Of a stretch of DNA of 60,111 nucleotides, positions 37,689 to 47,738 are shown one piece after another; position 1 is the first letter of the stretch, and each line of letters opens with the position of its first letter. The position numbers and the translations under genes were made by a program. The notes under the pieces are model-generated. The model was not told the DNA's origin. It was given only the letters and a program-made list of their open reading frames with translations, and did not search any database. The DNA is from Beijerinckiaceae bacterium (GTDB lineage: Bacteria; Pseudomonadota; Alphaproteobacteria; Rhizobiales; Beijerinckiaceae): positions 1 through 60,111 of the forward strand of contig CANMLK010000001.1 in the NCBI GenBank assembly GCA_947498445.1. Reading direction: 5' to 3'.

Positions 37689-38666
37689 GTGAACCCTTCA
37701 CGCCCGCGTATAGAAGCCGTCGACGCCGCGCGTGGTGTCGCGTTGGCGGCCATGGGCGTTTATCACTTCGTGTGGGATCTGAGCTTTTATAATTTTGTTT
37801 CGCCCTCGACCTTCTACGATCCGCGCTTTCAGTTTTTCGGCCACATCATCGCGGTTAGTTTTCTCGCGCTCGTGGGCGTCAGCCTAGCGCTTGCGGCGCA
37901 AGGCGGGTTCAACCCTGGCGCCTACGCGCGACGAACCGCCCTGGTGGCGGGAGCCGCAGCGCTCGTGTCGTTGGGCACCTATTTCTTTATGCCCGAGGCT
38001 TTCATCGCGTTCGGCATCCTGCATTGCATCGCCGCTGCAAGCGCGATTGCGCTGGCGTTCTTGCGCGCGCGTTGGTTTGTTTCATTGGGCGTGGGCGTTC
38101 TCATCGTTCTTGCGCCGTGGGTGTTTGCGAGCCCGTCATTTGATTCCCTGCACTGGTTTCTTGGTCTCGGCGTGAGCGAGCCGCGCACGCTCGATTGGCG
38201 GCCGTTGTTTCCATGGGCCGGCTTCACGCTGATTGGCTTGGGGATTGCGCAAGCCATCATCGCGCGGGGCGTGCCGGAAAGCCTTGCGCAATGGCGCGCG
38301 CGGGGGAGCCTCGCGAACGCGCTGTCCTTCGGCGGTCGTCACTCGCTTGCAGTGTATGTGCTGCATCAGCCGGTGCTGCTCGCCATCGTGTTTGTCGCGG
38401 CGACCGCGAGCGCAAACTTCGGCTCTGTCGGCGCCGACAGCGCGACGCAAGAAGCTGATTTCCGCCTCTCCTGCACGCTTGAATGCACAGCCGCCGGCCC
38501 GGCGCGCGATTTTTGCGAGAAGGCCTGCGACTGCGTTGTGCGCGATTCAAAAAATGTCGGCTTGTGGCGTCAGGTGCTTGCCAACAGCCTTGCAACCGAA
38601 GAACGCCATCGCTTCGACGCGCTGACCCGCGCGTGCTTGAGGCCTGATGCAGAGATGATCCGCTAG
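37689..38666 (+). CDS. DUF1624/HGSNAT-like membrane acyltransferase with Cys-rich C-terminus
   Basis: [22 protein letters not shown] and GRHSL.VY.LHQP motifs. Confidence 0.82.
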   Translation: MNPSRPRIEAVDAARGVALAAMGVYHFVWDLSFYNFVSPSTFYDPRFQFFGHIIAVSFLALVGVSLALAAQGGFNPGAYARRTALVAGAAALVSLGTYFFMPEAFIAFGILHCIAAASAIALAFLRARWFVSLGVGVLIVLAPWVFASPSFDSLHWFLGLGVSEPRTLDWRPLFPWAGFTLIGLGIAQAIIARGVPESLAQWRARGSLANALSFGGRHSLAVYVLHQPVLLAIVFVAATASANFGSVGADSATQEADFRLSCTLECTAAGPARDFCEKACDCVVRDSKNVGLWRQVLANSLATEERHRFDALTRACLRPDAEMIR

Positions 38667-40090
38667 GTCGCCTCGGGTTTGGGCGAGGGCGCGAGCATCG
38701 CTTCGGGCCGCACGATGGCGTCAAACGTTGCGCCATCAACAAGCCCGCTCGCCAGCGCTTCTTCACGCAACGTCGTGCCGTTGGCGTGCGCCTTCTTGGC
38801 GATGGCGCTTGCAGCGTCATATCCGATGCTTGGCGCCAGCGCAGTGACGAGCATCAGCGAGCGCTCGACCAATTCGCGGATACGCGCCTCGTTGGCGCCA
38901 ATGCCTTCAATGCAATTGGCGCGAAAGCTGTTGCACGCGTCCGCCAGCAGCCGCACGGATTGCAGGAAGGCGTCGGCGATCACTGGCTTGAACACGTTGA
39001 GCTGCAGATGCCCCTGCGAGCCTGCGAACATGATCGTCGCTTCATTGCCCATGACGCGGGCGCACACCATCGTCATCGCTTCGGCCTGTGTCGGGTTCAC
39101 CTTGCCCGGCATGATGGACGATCCCGGCTCGTTCTCAGGCAGGGCTAGTTCGCCAATGCCCGAGCGCGGCCCGCTGCCCAGCAGCCGGATGTCGTTGGCG
39201 ATCTTGAACAGGCCTACGGCCAGCGCCGCGAGTGCGCCATGCGCAAACACCATCGCGTCATGCGAGGCGAGCGCTTCGAACTTGTTGGGCGCGGTGACGA
39301 ACGACTTGCCGGTTAGCAACGCCAACTCGCTGGCGAATGCTTCGGCAAATCCCTCATGGGTGTTCAGGCCCGTGCCCACGGCCGTGCCGCCCTGCGCCAG
39401 CGACAGCAGATCGGGCAGGGCAGCGCGTATCCGTGCGCCGCCAAGCGCAGCTTGCGCCGCCCACGCGGAAAATTCCTGACCCAGTGTGATGGGTGTCGCA
39501 TCCTGCATATGCGTGCGGCCGATCTTCACGATGGCCGCAAAGTTGTTCGCTTTGCGTGTCAGCGTGTCTCGCAAGGCGTCCAGTGCAGGAAGCAGGCGAT
39601 CTTCAATCTCCAGCACGCCAGCCACATGCATCGCTGTGGGGAAACAATCGTTGGACGATTGGGCCAGGTTGACGTGATCGTTGGGATGGACGGGTTCCTT
39701 CGCCCCCCGCACGCCGCCCAAAGCTTCGTTGGCGCGATTGGCGATCACCTCGTTGACGTTCATGTTCGTCTGGGTGCCGGAGCCCGTCTGCCAGACGACC
39801 AGTGGAAAATGATCGTCCAGTCGCCCGTCGATTATGTCGCGCGCAGCGCCCGCGATGGCGTCAGCCACTCCGGCGTCGAGAATCCTTGCGGCCTTGTTCA
39901 CATGAGCGGCCGCCAGCTTGACCAGAGCCAGCGACTTTACGAGACAAAGCGGCATCCGCTCGCCGCCGATATCAAAGTTTTCGAGCGAGCGCTGTGTCTG
40001 CGCGCCCCAATATCGCGACGCCTCGACCTCAATTGCCCCGAAGGCGTCAAATTCCTGCCGCAAGCTTGGCTTCATAGTGTCAGTTGGCAT
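38663..40090 (-). CDS. fumC: Class II fumarate hydratase
   Basis: [22 protein letters not shown] and [11 protein letters not shown] signature. Confidence 0.97.
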   Translation of the reverse strand: MPTDTMKPSLRQEFDAFGAIEVEASRYWGAQTQRSLENFDIGGERMPLCLVKSLALVKLAAAHVNKAARILDAGVADAIAGAARDIIDGRLDDHFPLVVWQTGSGTQTNMNVNEVIANRANEALGGVRGAKEPVHPNDHVNLAQSSNDCFPTAMHVAGVLEIEDRLLPALDALRDTLTRKANNFAAIVKIGRTHMQDATPITLGQEFSAWAAQAALGGARIRAALPDLLSLAQGGTAVGTGLNTHEGFAEAFASELALLTGKSFVTAPNKFEALASHDAMVFAHGALAALAVGLFKIANDIRLLGSGPRSGIGELALPENEPGSSIMPGKVNPTQAEAMTMVCARVMGNEATIMFAGSQGHLQLNVFKPVIADAFLQSVRLLADACNSFRANCIEGIGANEARIRELVERSLMLVTALAPSIGYDAASAIAKKAHANGTTLREEALASGLVDGATFDAIVRPEAMLAPSPKPEAT

Positions 40091-40180
40091 TTCGTACCTG
40101 TTTGTTGCCAGGCGGAAAAGTCGATCTTACGCCGTTTAGTTCGCCTGAAAGAAATTCCTTTCAAGCGATGCAATTTCGAT

Positions 40181-40205
40181 GGAACTTCCGCCGCAGCTTG
40201 CGATT
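40181..40205 (+). promoter_or_regulatory. Candidate EcfG (RpoE2/SigT) general-stress promoter
   Basis: GGAAC-N18-TT (GGAACttccgccgcagcttgcgaTT) upstream of a KGG-repeat stress gene. Confidence 0.55.
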
Positions 40206-40338
40206 GTTCCACAGTCTCGGCCGTATCTCGCCGCGTGGTGGCGCGGGCGGCCCAGCTTCAGAAGGACCCCTCCGCGCGCGGTGGGGATCAGAGAAAACAG
40301 CGCGACGAGCGCCCCCTTCGCGGAGAAATGGGTTTCTG

Positions 40339-40620
40339 ATGGATACGGACAAGCCCACTCGTAAGTCGACACGGGGTTTTGCTTCGATGGACCCCGAAAA
40401 GCAAAAGCAGATCGCTCGCAAGGGCGGCACCAGCGTTCCCAAGGAGAAACGCAGCTTCGCGCGGAACCGGAATCTGGCGGCGGAAGCCGGTCGAAAAGGC
40501 GGCCAGAGCGTCCGTCCCACGATGCGCAGCTTTTCTCGCGACCACGAGCTGGCCAGCGAAGCCGGCCGCAAAGGCGGCCACGCCTCGCACAGCTCGCGCG
40601 ATCCTGAAGCCAACGAATAG
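40339..40620 (+). CDS. KGG-repeat general stress protein (YciG/GsiB-like)
   Basis: RGFASMDPEKQKQIARKGG and two EAGRKGG repeats; start ATG 40339. Confidence 0.9.
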   Translation: MDTDKPTRKSTRGFASMDPEKQKQIARKGGTSVPKEKRSFARNRNLAAEAGRKGGQSVRPTMRSFSRDHELASEAGRKGGHASHSSRDPEANE

Positions 40621-40639
40621 CGGGTCGTTATTTCAAATT

Positions 40640-40674
40640 GCGGCCTCGCGGTTTCGCGGGGCCGTTTTTGTTTT
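40640..40674 (+). terminator. Rho-independent terminator
   Basis: GCGGCCTCGCG-GTTT-CGCGGGGCCGT followed by TTTTGTTTT. Confidence 0.75.
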
Positions 40675-41033
40675 CAGTCAGGCAAAACGTAAGCGTTTTC
40701 GCCGCTGGGCGGGCTGCCTTCGAAAGGCGCGGTCGCCGGCCGCCACGCGACCAGATCTTCGATCATTCGTGCGAGCGCCAGATCGCGCTCAGTGACGCCA
40801 CCCGCGTCATGGCTCCACAGCGACACCTCAACCTTGCCCCATGAGATCGATATTTCCGGGTGATGCCAGGTCGTCTCGGCCAGATGGCCGATGGCGTTGG
40901 CCGCCAGCAAGGCGCTGCGGAACCCGTTGACCCGATAGAGCCGCCGCAAGGCGTTGCCGTGTAGCCGCCAATGCGCCAGGTCGCGGGTCAATGTCCGGGT
41001 AATATCGGCATCCGGTAAAGCTTCAGGCTTCAT
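40674..41033 (-). CDS. Pterin-4-alpha-carbinolamine dehydratase (PCD/PhhB family)
   Basis: AE..WHHP and SHDAGGVTERD.LA motifs. Confidence 0.88.
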   Translation of the reverse strand: MKPEALPDADITRTLTRDLAHWRLHGNALRRLYRVNGFRSALLAANAIGHLAETTWHHPEISISWGKVEVSLWSHDAGGVTERDLALARMIEDLVAWRPATAPFEGSPPSGENAYVLPD

Positions 41034-41060
41034 GTCTTCGTCTCCCGCGAAGACGCGAGC

Positions 41061-41771
41061 TTACCCCGCCTTCGCGATCGACGCGACGTCGCGACCGGCG
41101 CCTTTGTGATGCTCCGTCAGCAACCTTTCCGCCGCGGAAAATTCGCGCTGGAACTGCAGGAAGCGAGCAGAGCCCGATTCCGCGATTTCGCTTTCGGACA
41201 ATTCGCGCCATTCCAGACAAAGCTTGTAGAGCCTGCGCGCGCCCACATTTGCAGCGCTGCTGCGCAATGCGTGTACCTGCGCCGCATATTCCGATGCGTT
41301 CAGCTCACCGATAGACTGGGCAACCTTGAAGAGCGTCACCACCCCTTCAGAAATGAACTGCCCCATCACTTCCTTGACGAAGTCGTCGCCGCCCAGCTTC
41401 CTGAGGCTTTCCAGCGTGTCGAGATCGATTTCGGGCCCATCCAGATGGATCATCGGTTCGTCAGTCCCGGCCCTGACCATGGGTTCTGGCGCTTCCGCCA
41501 TCGCTGGTTCGGGCGCTGGCTGTGCCGCCTTGTGCGCGAGCGACGCAGTCCCGCCGGCGGCAATGGTGGGGGCGCGGCCACGACGAAACCGCATGAAGAC
41601 AAAAATTCCTGCCGCCGCAATGACAGCGCTCACCGGCCACATAACGTGCTGGGTTTGCTCGGTTGAGGCGAAAGCGAAGGCATAGCCCCCGCCTGCGCCC
41701 AGCAGCAGAAAAAGCGCCGCGGCCAAAACGGGCCGGGCTTTGCGTCTACGTTCTGAGTCCGCTGACATCAA
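41061..41771 (-). CDS. Membrane-anchored Hpt-domain protein
   Basis: Two N-terminal hydrophobic segments; Hpt motif VHALRSSAANVGA. Confidence 0.8.
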   Translation of the reverse strand: MMSADSERRRKARPVLAAALFLLLGAGGGYAFAFASTEQTQHVMWPVSAVIAAAGIFVFMRFRRGRAPTIAAGGTASLAHKAAQPAPEPAMAEAPEPMVRAGTDEPMIHLDGPEIDLDTLESLRKLGGDDFVKEVMGQFISEGVVTLFKVAQSIGELNASEYAAQVHALRSSAANVGARRLYKLCLEWRELSESEIAESGSARFLQFQREFSAAERLLTEHHKGAGRDVASIAKAG

Positions 41772-41782
41772 TGTGCTCCCCG

Positions 41783-43933
41783 TCAGGCCGAAAGCGCGTA
41801 GGTCCGTTCGGACGCCAGCAAATTGATGAAGTCCGCCTCAGGCATGGGGCGGGCGAAGTAATATCCCTGAACGAGGGCGCAGCCTTCCTGCAGCAGGTGC
41901 TTTGCCTGTTCGGCAGTTTCGACTCCTTCGGCAAGGACCTCGAGACCCAGTCCTTGCCCCAGGGTGATGATGGCGCGCACGATGGCGATGTCGCTCTGGT
42001 CGTGTTCGATGTCGCGCACAAAGCTCTGATCGATCTTGATCCGCGTGATCGGCAACCGCTTCACATAGTTGAGTGACGAGTAGCCGATGCCAAAATCATC
42101 CACTGCAACGCGCACCCCCATGTTCCGCAACATGGTGAGATCGGCCGCCGCAGACTCGATGCTTTCCAGCACGCTGCTTTCCGTCAGCTCCAGCTCAAGG
42201 AGCCGGGGATCGAGGCCTGACACGCCAAGCGCCCGGGCGACAAGGAGCGGTGTGGACCGATCTCGAAATTGCGTTGGCGACAGGTTCACGGCGACGCCGA
42301 TTCCCTCGGCCTTTGCATATCTTTGCCAGCGCAAGGCGGCGCCGCAGGCTTCCATCATCGCCCAGTTATCGATGGCGCCGATAAGTCCGTTTTCCTCCGC
42401 ACGTGGTAAAAACACCGCTGGCGGGACCAGCCCGACCGAGGGTCGTTGCCACCGCAGCAGGGCTTCCGCGCCGACGATACAGCCCGCGCGCAAATCGACC
42501 TGCGGCTGATACCAGAGCACAAACTCTTTGCGCTCGAGCGCTTGCTGTAGATGACCGTCAAGCATCGCTTCGTTGTGCGCGCGAGTCTTCATGTCCGCCG
42601 CATAGAAGCAAAAGCGGTTGCCGCGCTCTGCTTTCGCGCGATACATCGCGATGTCGGCGTTCTTGAGAAGCTCTTCGCCGTCCTCACCGTCGGACGGATA
42701 GACTGCGATGCCGATTGACGCCGTCGCACGAACGGGCGTGCCCTCGAACGTGCCCGATTCCGAAACCTGGGTGAGGATGCGCTGGGCGAAATCCGCTGCG
42801 TCCTCGCTGCGCGTGACGCTTGTCTGAATGATCGCAAATTCGTCGCCGCCAAGCCGTGCGAGCATATCGTCAGCGCGCATGGCCGCACGGAGGCGGTCGG
42901 CAATCATGCAGATAAAACGGTCGCCTGCAGAGTGACCCAAAACGTCATTGACGGACTTGAACCCGTCCAGATCAAGCATGTGCAGCGCAAAGATATTGTC
43001 GCCGCGTCGTGCGCGCGCCACCTGACGGCGCATGCGCTCGTTCATGCTCACCCGGTTGGGAAGTTCAGTCAGTGCGTCGTGATGCGCAAGGTGGCGCAAA
43101 TGGGCTTGCGTCTGCTTTTGTGTGGTGATGTCCAGCGAGCTTGTCACCACGGCGTGGATGGTCGCCGATTGATCACGAATCGGGAATTTGGCGGTGAGGA
43201 ACGTGCGCGTCTCGCCGCTCCGGTCCGTCAATTCCTCCTCGAATGGGCGCATCGGCTGTCCCACTCGGAACACGTGCTCGTCGAGAGTCATGTTCTGGCT
43301 TGAAAAGGCGGTGCGGAAGACGTCAGCGACATCGCGCCCAACCAGCTCGCCCGTCTTCAGGCCGAGAAAACTGGCCTGAGCCTCATTGGCGAACAATATC
43401 CTTCCGTCCGGGGCGGTGGCGGTGATCATGACAGGGAGCGAATCGATCACCTGCGCCAGTCGTTGTGAGGAGTCGCGCACCTCGCTTTCGCGCGAGCGTT
43501 CGCTCTTCGCCAGTTCTTCCTCCAGCGTCGTGGCCCGCGCTGCCAGCAGGAGCTGGTGCTGGCGCAACTTGAGGAGATTACGCGCGCGCGTAATGAATTC
43601 GTGGTGGTCTACGGGCGAGTGCAAAAAGTCGGTGGCGCCGCTTTCCAGCGCCCGCAGGCGGTAGGTTCGCTCCTCGTACACTGTGATGACGATGACAGGA
43701 ATGTCTTCAGCGCCGGGCAATTCGCGGAAACGCCGAATGAATTCGGCCCCGTCCATATTCGGCATCTTGTAGTCGGTGATGACAAGATCCGGCTTATTGT
43801 TCTCAAGTCAGACCAACGCTTCCGCAGGGTCACCGAACGACTCCACCCTCACGCCCGGCTCGATACTGGCCGCAAGTTTTGTCAAGATGTTCCGGTTGGT
43901 GTTTCTGTCATCAATGATGACGATCAGCGACAT
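41783..43933 (-). pseudogene. REC-PAS-GGDEF-EAL c-di-GMP enzyme with in-frame TGA at codon 42
   Basis: ATG 43933 (AGGGGA RBS) gives MSLIVIIDDRNTNR...EALV*LENNKPDLVITDYKMP, with TGA at 43810-43808. The rest of the frame is open, with intact GGDEF and EAL. Confidence 0.8.
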
Positions 43934-44045
43934 CCGATCCCCTGACTAGCCATCTGCTCTGCCATCCACCGTACGGGCATGAGGACAGATTGCCGGATCG
44001 GGACTTAAAGAAGCGTCAACATCAACGCGCAAAATTTCACATGTA

Positions 44046-45356
44046 TCAATTCCGCCCGACACTTACGTAGCGGAATCCTTGCCGGCGCATGTCGCTGGGG
44101 CGGTAGATATTGCGCATGTCCACAACCACGGGCGCCGCCAGCAGCGACTTGACGCGTTCCAGATCCAGAGCACGGAATGCGTCCCACTCGGTCAGGATGA
44201 CCAGCGCGTCAGCTCCCGACAGGCAGGCGTAAGGATCGTCGTAAAACTGCGTTTGCGTGAGCAGCGGACGCGCCTGGGCCATGGACTCGGGATCATAAGC
44301 GCGCACCCGCGCGCCTAGCGATTGCAGGATCGGGATGATGGTCAGCGAGGCGGCGTCGCGCATGTCGTCGGTGTTGGGCTTGAAGGCGAGGCCGAGCACG
44401 GCGATTGTCTTGCCGTTGACGGAGCCATCGCAGGCGTCCAGCACCTTTTCCGCCATCCGGCGCTTGCGGGCCTCATTGGCGGCCGCCACGCTCTCGACGA
44501 TGCGAGTGGGGGCGCCAGCGTCCTGCGCCATGCGGATCAGCGCCATCGTGTCCTTGGGAAAGCAGGAGCCGCCATAGCCGGGCCCGGCTCTGAGGAATTT
44601 CGCGCCGATCCGGTGATCGAGCCCGATGCCGCGGGCCACGTCCTGCACATCCGCGCCCAATTTTTCGCAAAGGTCCGCCATCTCGTTGATGAACGTGATC
44701 TTGGTCGCCAGGTATGCGTTGGCCGCATACTTGATCAATTCCGACGTGCGCCGCGACGTGAAGACGATCGGCTGCTGATTGAGATCAAGCGGCCGGTAGA
44801 GCTCTTCCATCACTTCACGGGCGGGGCCGTGGGCGTCGTCGAGGCCGATCACGATGCGGTCCGGCCGTTTGAAGTCGAAGATCGCCGCGCCCTCGCGCAG
44901 GAACTCGGGATTGGATGCGACCGCGAACTGGGCGTCCGGGCGAGCCTCCCGCAGGATCCACTCAATCTCGTCCCCGGCGCCCACAGGGACGGTGGACTTG
45001 GTGACAACGACGGTGAACCCGTCGAGGGCGTCAGCGATTTCCCGGGCGGCGGCGTACACGTAGGTCAGGTCCGCGCGCCCGTCTTCATCGCGGGGCGGGG
45101 TGCCAACCGCAATGAAGACGGCCTGGGCGCCGCGCACGGCGGCCTTAATGTCGGTCGTGAAATGCAACCGGCCGGCTTTGACGTTGGATTCGACAATGTC
45201 AGCGAGGCCAGGCTCGAAGATTGGAATTTCGCTGCGCAGCAGCCCGGCAATGCGTTCCGGGTCGTTGTCGACGCAGGTCACCACATGACCGAAGTCGGCG
45301 AAGCACGCGCCGGACACCAGCCCAACGTATCCCGACCCGATCATCGCAACGCGCAT
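44046..45356 (-). CDS. ugd: UDP-glucose 6-dehydrogenase
   Basis: GSGYVG, SNPEFLREG, GYGGSCFPKD and FKPNTDD motifs. Confidence 0.94.
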   Translation of the reverse strand: MRVAMIGSGYVGLVSGACFADFGHVVTCVDNDPERIAGLLRSEIPIFEPGLADIVESNVKAGRLHFTTDIKAAVRGAQAVFIAVGTPPRDEDGRADLTYVYAAAREIADALDGFTVVVTKSTVPVGAGDEIEWILREARPDAQFAVASNPEFLREGAAIFDFKRPDRIVIGLDDAHGPAREVMEELYRPLDLNQQPIVFTSRRTSELIKYAANAYLATKITFINEMADLCEKLGADVQDVARGIGLDHRIGAKFLRAGPGYGGSCFPKDTMALIRMAQDAGAPTRIVESVAAANEARKRRMAEKVLDACDGSVNGKTIAVLGLAFKPNTDDMRDAASLTIIPILQSLGARVRAYDPESMAQARPLLTQTQFYDDPYACLSGADALVILTEWDAFRALDLERVKSLLAAPVVVDMRNIYRPSDMRRQGFRYVSVGRN

Positions 45357-45428
45357 TATCCTGCTCCTGTTGACCGCGGCGGAGCAATATCATCCGTGAG
45401 CCCGCTAGGGAAACCGTCTTCTAAAATG

Positions 45429-45456
45429 AAAAACCCCGCCAAATTGGCGGGGTTCT
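45429..45456 (-). terminator. Rho-independent terminator after the amidohydrolase gene
   Basis: Minus strand reads AACCCCGCCAA-T-TTGGCGGGGTT followed by TTT. Confidence 0.75.
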
Positions 45457-45491
45457 GAAGCGTGTGCGGCAGACAAAATTACGCGCCCAAA

Positions 45492-46736
45492 TTACGCGCC
45501 AATGTAATTGCCGTGCTTGATGAGATTCTGCTTCTGGGCCTCGTTGCGCGGCGGCAGCTTGAAGAGCTTGTGCGCCGTGCCGCCGAGGATGTTGTGCTTG
45601 CCTTGCTCGGAGAGGAAGGGAAGATCCCAGATCGTCTGGGGAAGGTCGAAGTCCCAGTGCGGATAATCGGACGCGTACAGCAGCTGCGTTTCGGCGTTTA
45701 TCATGCGGAACGTTGTTTCCAGCGCCCCCATGTCCTGTATTTCCATCGGCTGCGAGGAGTAGAACATGTCGCGCATGTAGTCCGACGGCTTCTTCTTCAA
45801 GATCGGGCATTCCGACGGGCGCAGCATGAACTCGTGGTCGAGGCGCTGCATCAGGAACGGAACCCACGCCAGGCCCGCCTCGATCCAGAGCACCGGCATC
45901 TTGGGGAAGCGCTCGCCCATGCCGTTCACGACCCAGTTGGTGCAGTGAAGGATGTTGAACCACGAGAAGCCCAGCGCGTGCGCCGAGAGGAAGCGGTTGC
46001 AGCTCTGGAACGTGTGCGAACCCCAATGCGGGCCAGAGTGGAACGCCAGCGTCAGGCCACGCTCTTCAATAGCGCGGTAAACCTTCATGTAGGCGTTGTC
46101 ATAGACCGCCATCTTTTCACGCACCGAGGTGACCATGAATCCGCCGACGCCCGGACGGTCGCCGAAGGTCTCCACCATGCGCAGGCAGCCTTCAGGATCG
46201 CTGAAGGGCAGCGAGATCATCGTGTACATGCGGCCGTTGGTGTCGGGCAGCGCCTGCTCGGTAACCCAGCGCGCGTAGGCCCAGCACAGCTCGAACTCCA
46301 TTTCCTTCTGCGGATGCAGGCCGACGTTCAGCATGCCCGTGGGGAACAGGCAGGAATAATCCACGCCCATCGCGTCCATCCAGCGGTCGCCAAGCTGCGC
46401 GTCGCGCTGGCGGGTGCCTTCGACCTTTTCAGTTGAACGCAGGGGATAGCGCGTCACGCGTCCGCCCATGTCCTGGTAGCCGAAGCCGCCGGGCATGACG
46501 TTGCCGCGGCCTTGCTTGGCCCGCGCGGACATCGCGAGCTGCTTGAGGACTTCGTTCTCCATGTAAGGGAGAATCTGGTTGAAGTTCTCGTTCTCATAGT
46601 GATGGGCGTCGCAATCGACGATCAACACGTCCTCGAACTTGCGTTCGTCGGCCTGCCGCTTGGCGTGCCGGAGAAGCTGCGTTGTGTTGAGTTCTTCGAC
46701 CGTAACGCGGCGGCCGCGATCAGCAATGAGGTCCAT
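45492..46736 (-). CDS. Amidohydrolase_2-fold protein of DxH type (candidate dinuclear-metal oxygenase)
   Basis: DCDAH, AFH, IEAG and SDYPHWD motifs. Confidence 0.8.
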   Translation of the reverse strand: MDLIADRGRRVTVEELNTTQLLRHAKRQADERKFEDVLIVDCDAHHYENENFNQILPYMENEVLKQLAMSARAKQGRGNVMPGGFGYQDMGGRVTRYPLRSTEKVEGTRQRDAQLGDRWMDAMGVDYSCLFPTGMLNVGLHPQKEMEFELCWAYARWVTEQALPDTNGRMYTMISLPFSDPEGCLRMVETFGDRPGVGGFMVTSVREKMAVYDNAYMKVYRAIEERGLTLAFHSGPHWGSHTFQSCNRFLSAHALGFSWFNILHCTNWVVNGMGERFPKMPVLWIEAGLAWVPFLMQRLDHEFMLRPSECPILKKKPSDYMRDMFYSSQPMEIQDMGALETTFRMINAETQLLYASDYPHWDFDLPQTIWDLPFLSEQGKHNILGGTAHKLFKLPPRNEAQKQNLIKHGNYIGA

Positions 46737-46783
46737 GGTGTTTTCCCTTTGACTTGAGTTTCCAACTTTTCAGAGCGCGGAGA

Positions 46784-47392
46784 TCAATTGTTGCTCCAGC
46801 TCTGCCACATTCCCAGTTCGAACACCTGAAGATCGACTGCCTTCAGAAGCGCGCCGCACATCACCATGACGTCCGTAGCCGTCACCGCCGTTCGCCCGCT
46901 CACGACCGGAAAGCGATTTCCGGCCTCCGCGTTTGCCGCATACAGTCTGCACAGGGCGCCAATGAGCGCTTGCTGGGCATGCGGTTGCAGACAATTGAGG
47001 TCACCCGCTGCAAGCGCGCTTTCGATCATCGCGGCGACACGAAGCGCTTCATCCGACTCAGCCGTGCTGACCACTGCCTGGGGCGCCGGAATCTTGCGCA
47101 GGATCTTGACCGTCTCGGCCTCGCCGGATTTTTCCGGAGCAGCCCTCTTTTTGGCGTCGACCTTGCGGGCCGCTTCCGTATTCGGCTGAATGCCTTTCGA
47201 CATCGCCTTCACGAAATCGGCCTTCTCCTGCGGACTAGGCTCGTTCGTCATCGAAGGCTTGCGGCTCGCCTTGGGCGCCGCCTTTATCGAAGTAGCCTTT
47301 ACCGAAGCCGTCTGCACCGAAGCCGTCTTCACCGGCTTGGCGCCAGCGGCCGTGCGCTTCGCAGAAGAGCGGTCAGGCGACGACATACACAT
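46784..47392 (-). CDS. Hypothetical protein (Lys/Ala-rich N-terminus, compact C-terminal domain)
   Basis: Overlaps the Rieske gene end; C-terminal VTATDVMVMCGALLKAVDLQVFELGMWQSW; start may be 47386. Confidence 0.7.
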   Translation of the reverse strand: MCMSSPDRSSAKRTAAGAKPVKTASVQTASVKATSIKAAPKASRKPSMTNEPSPQEKADFVKAMSKGIQPNTEAARKVDAKKRAAPEKSGEAETVKILRKIPAPQAVVSTAESDEALRVAAMIESALAAGDLNCLQPHAQQALIGALCRLYAANAEAGNRFPVVSGRTAVTATDVMVMCGALLKAVDLQVFELGMWQSWSNN

Positions 47393-47738
47393 CGTCTCCC
47401 TTGGTCAGAACCTGGTACTTGCGCAGCTTCTGGGAGCGGTCGGAGATGTGTTCCCCGGTCTTCATGTCGTATTCATAGCCATGCCACGGGCAGACGAAGT
47501 TCATGTCCTTGTCGGAAAAGAACAGGCCCATCGACGTCTTGTCGGGGCGCAGGCGCTCTTCGACGTTGGCGATGGTCAGGCCTTCGCAGGCCGGCCCGCC
47601 CTGATGCAGGCAAATGTTGCTGTAGGCGTAAAACTCGCCTTCGTGGCGGAATACGCCAATCTCGCGCTTGCCAATCTGGATGATCTGGCGCTCGCCGTCT
47701 TTGAATTCAGATGACTTACCAACGAATTGCTCAGCCAT
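47373..47738 (-). CDS. Rieske [2Fe-2S] ferredoxin
   Basis: CLHQGGP and CPWHG ligand boxes; start ATG 47738 after GAGGA. Confidence 0.92.
   Translation of the reverse strand: MAEQFVGKSSEFKDGERQIIQIGKREIGVFRHEGEFYAYSNICLHQGGPACEGLTIANVEERLRPDKTSMGLFFSDKDMNFVCPWHGYEYDMKTGEHISDRSQKLRKYQVLTKGDDVYVVA

Noticed and set aside
43808-43810. Selenocysteine codon
   Set aside because: The context fits Trp in a receiver-domain helix rather than a catalytic Cys, and I see no SECIS-like hairpin directly downstream.
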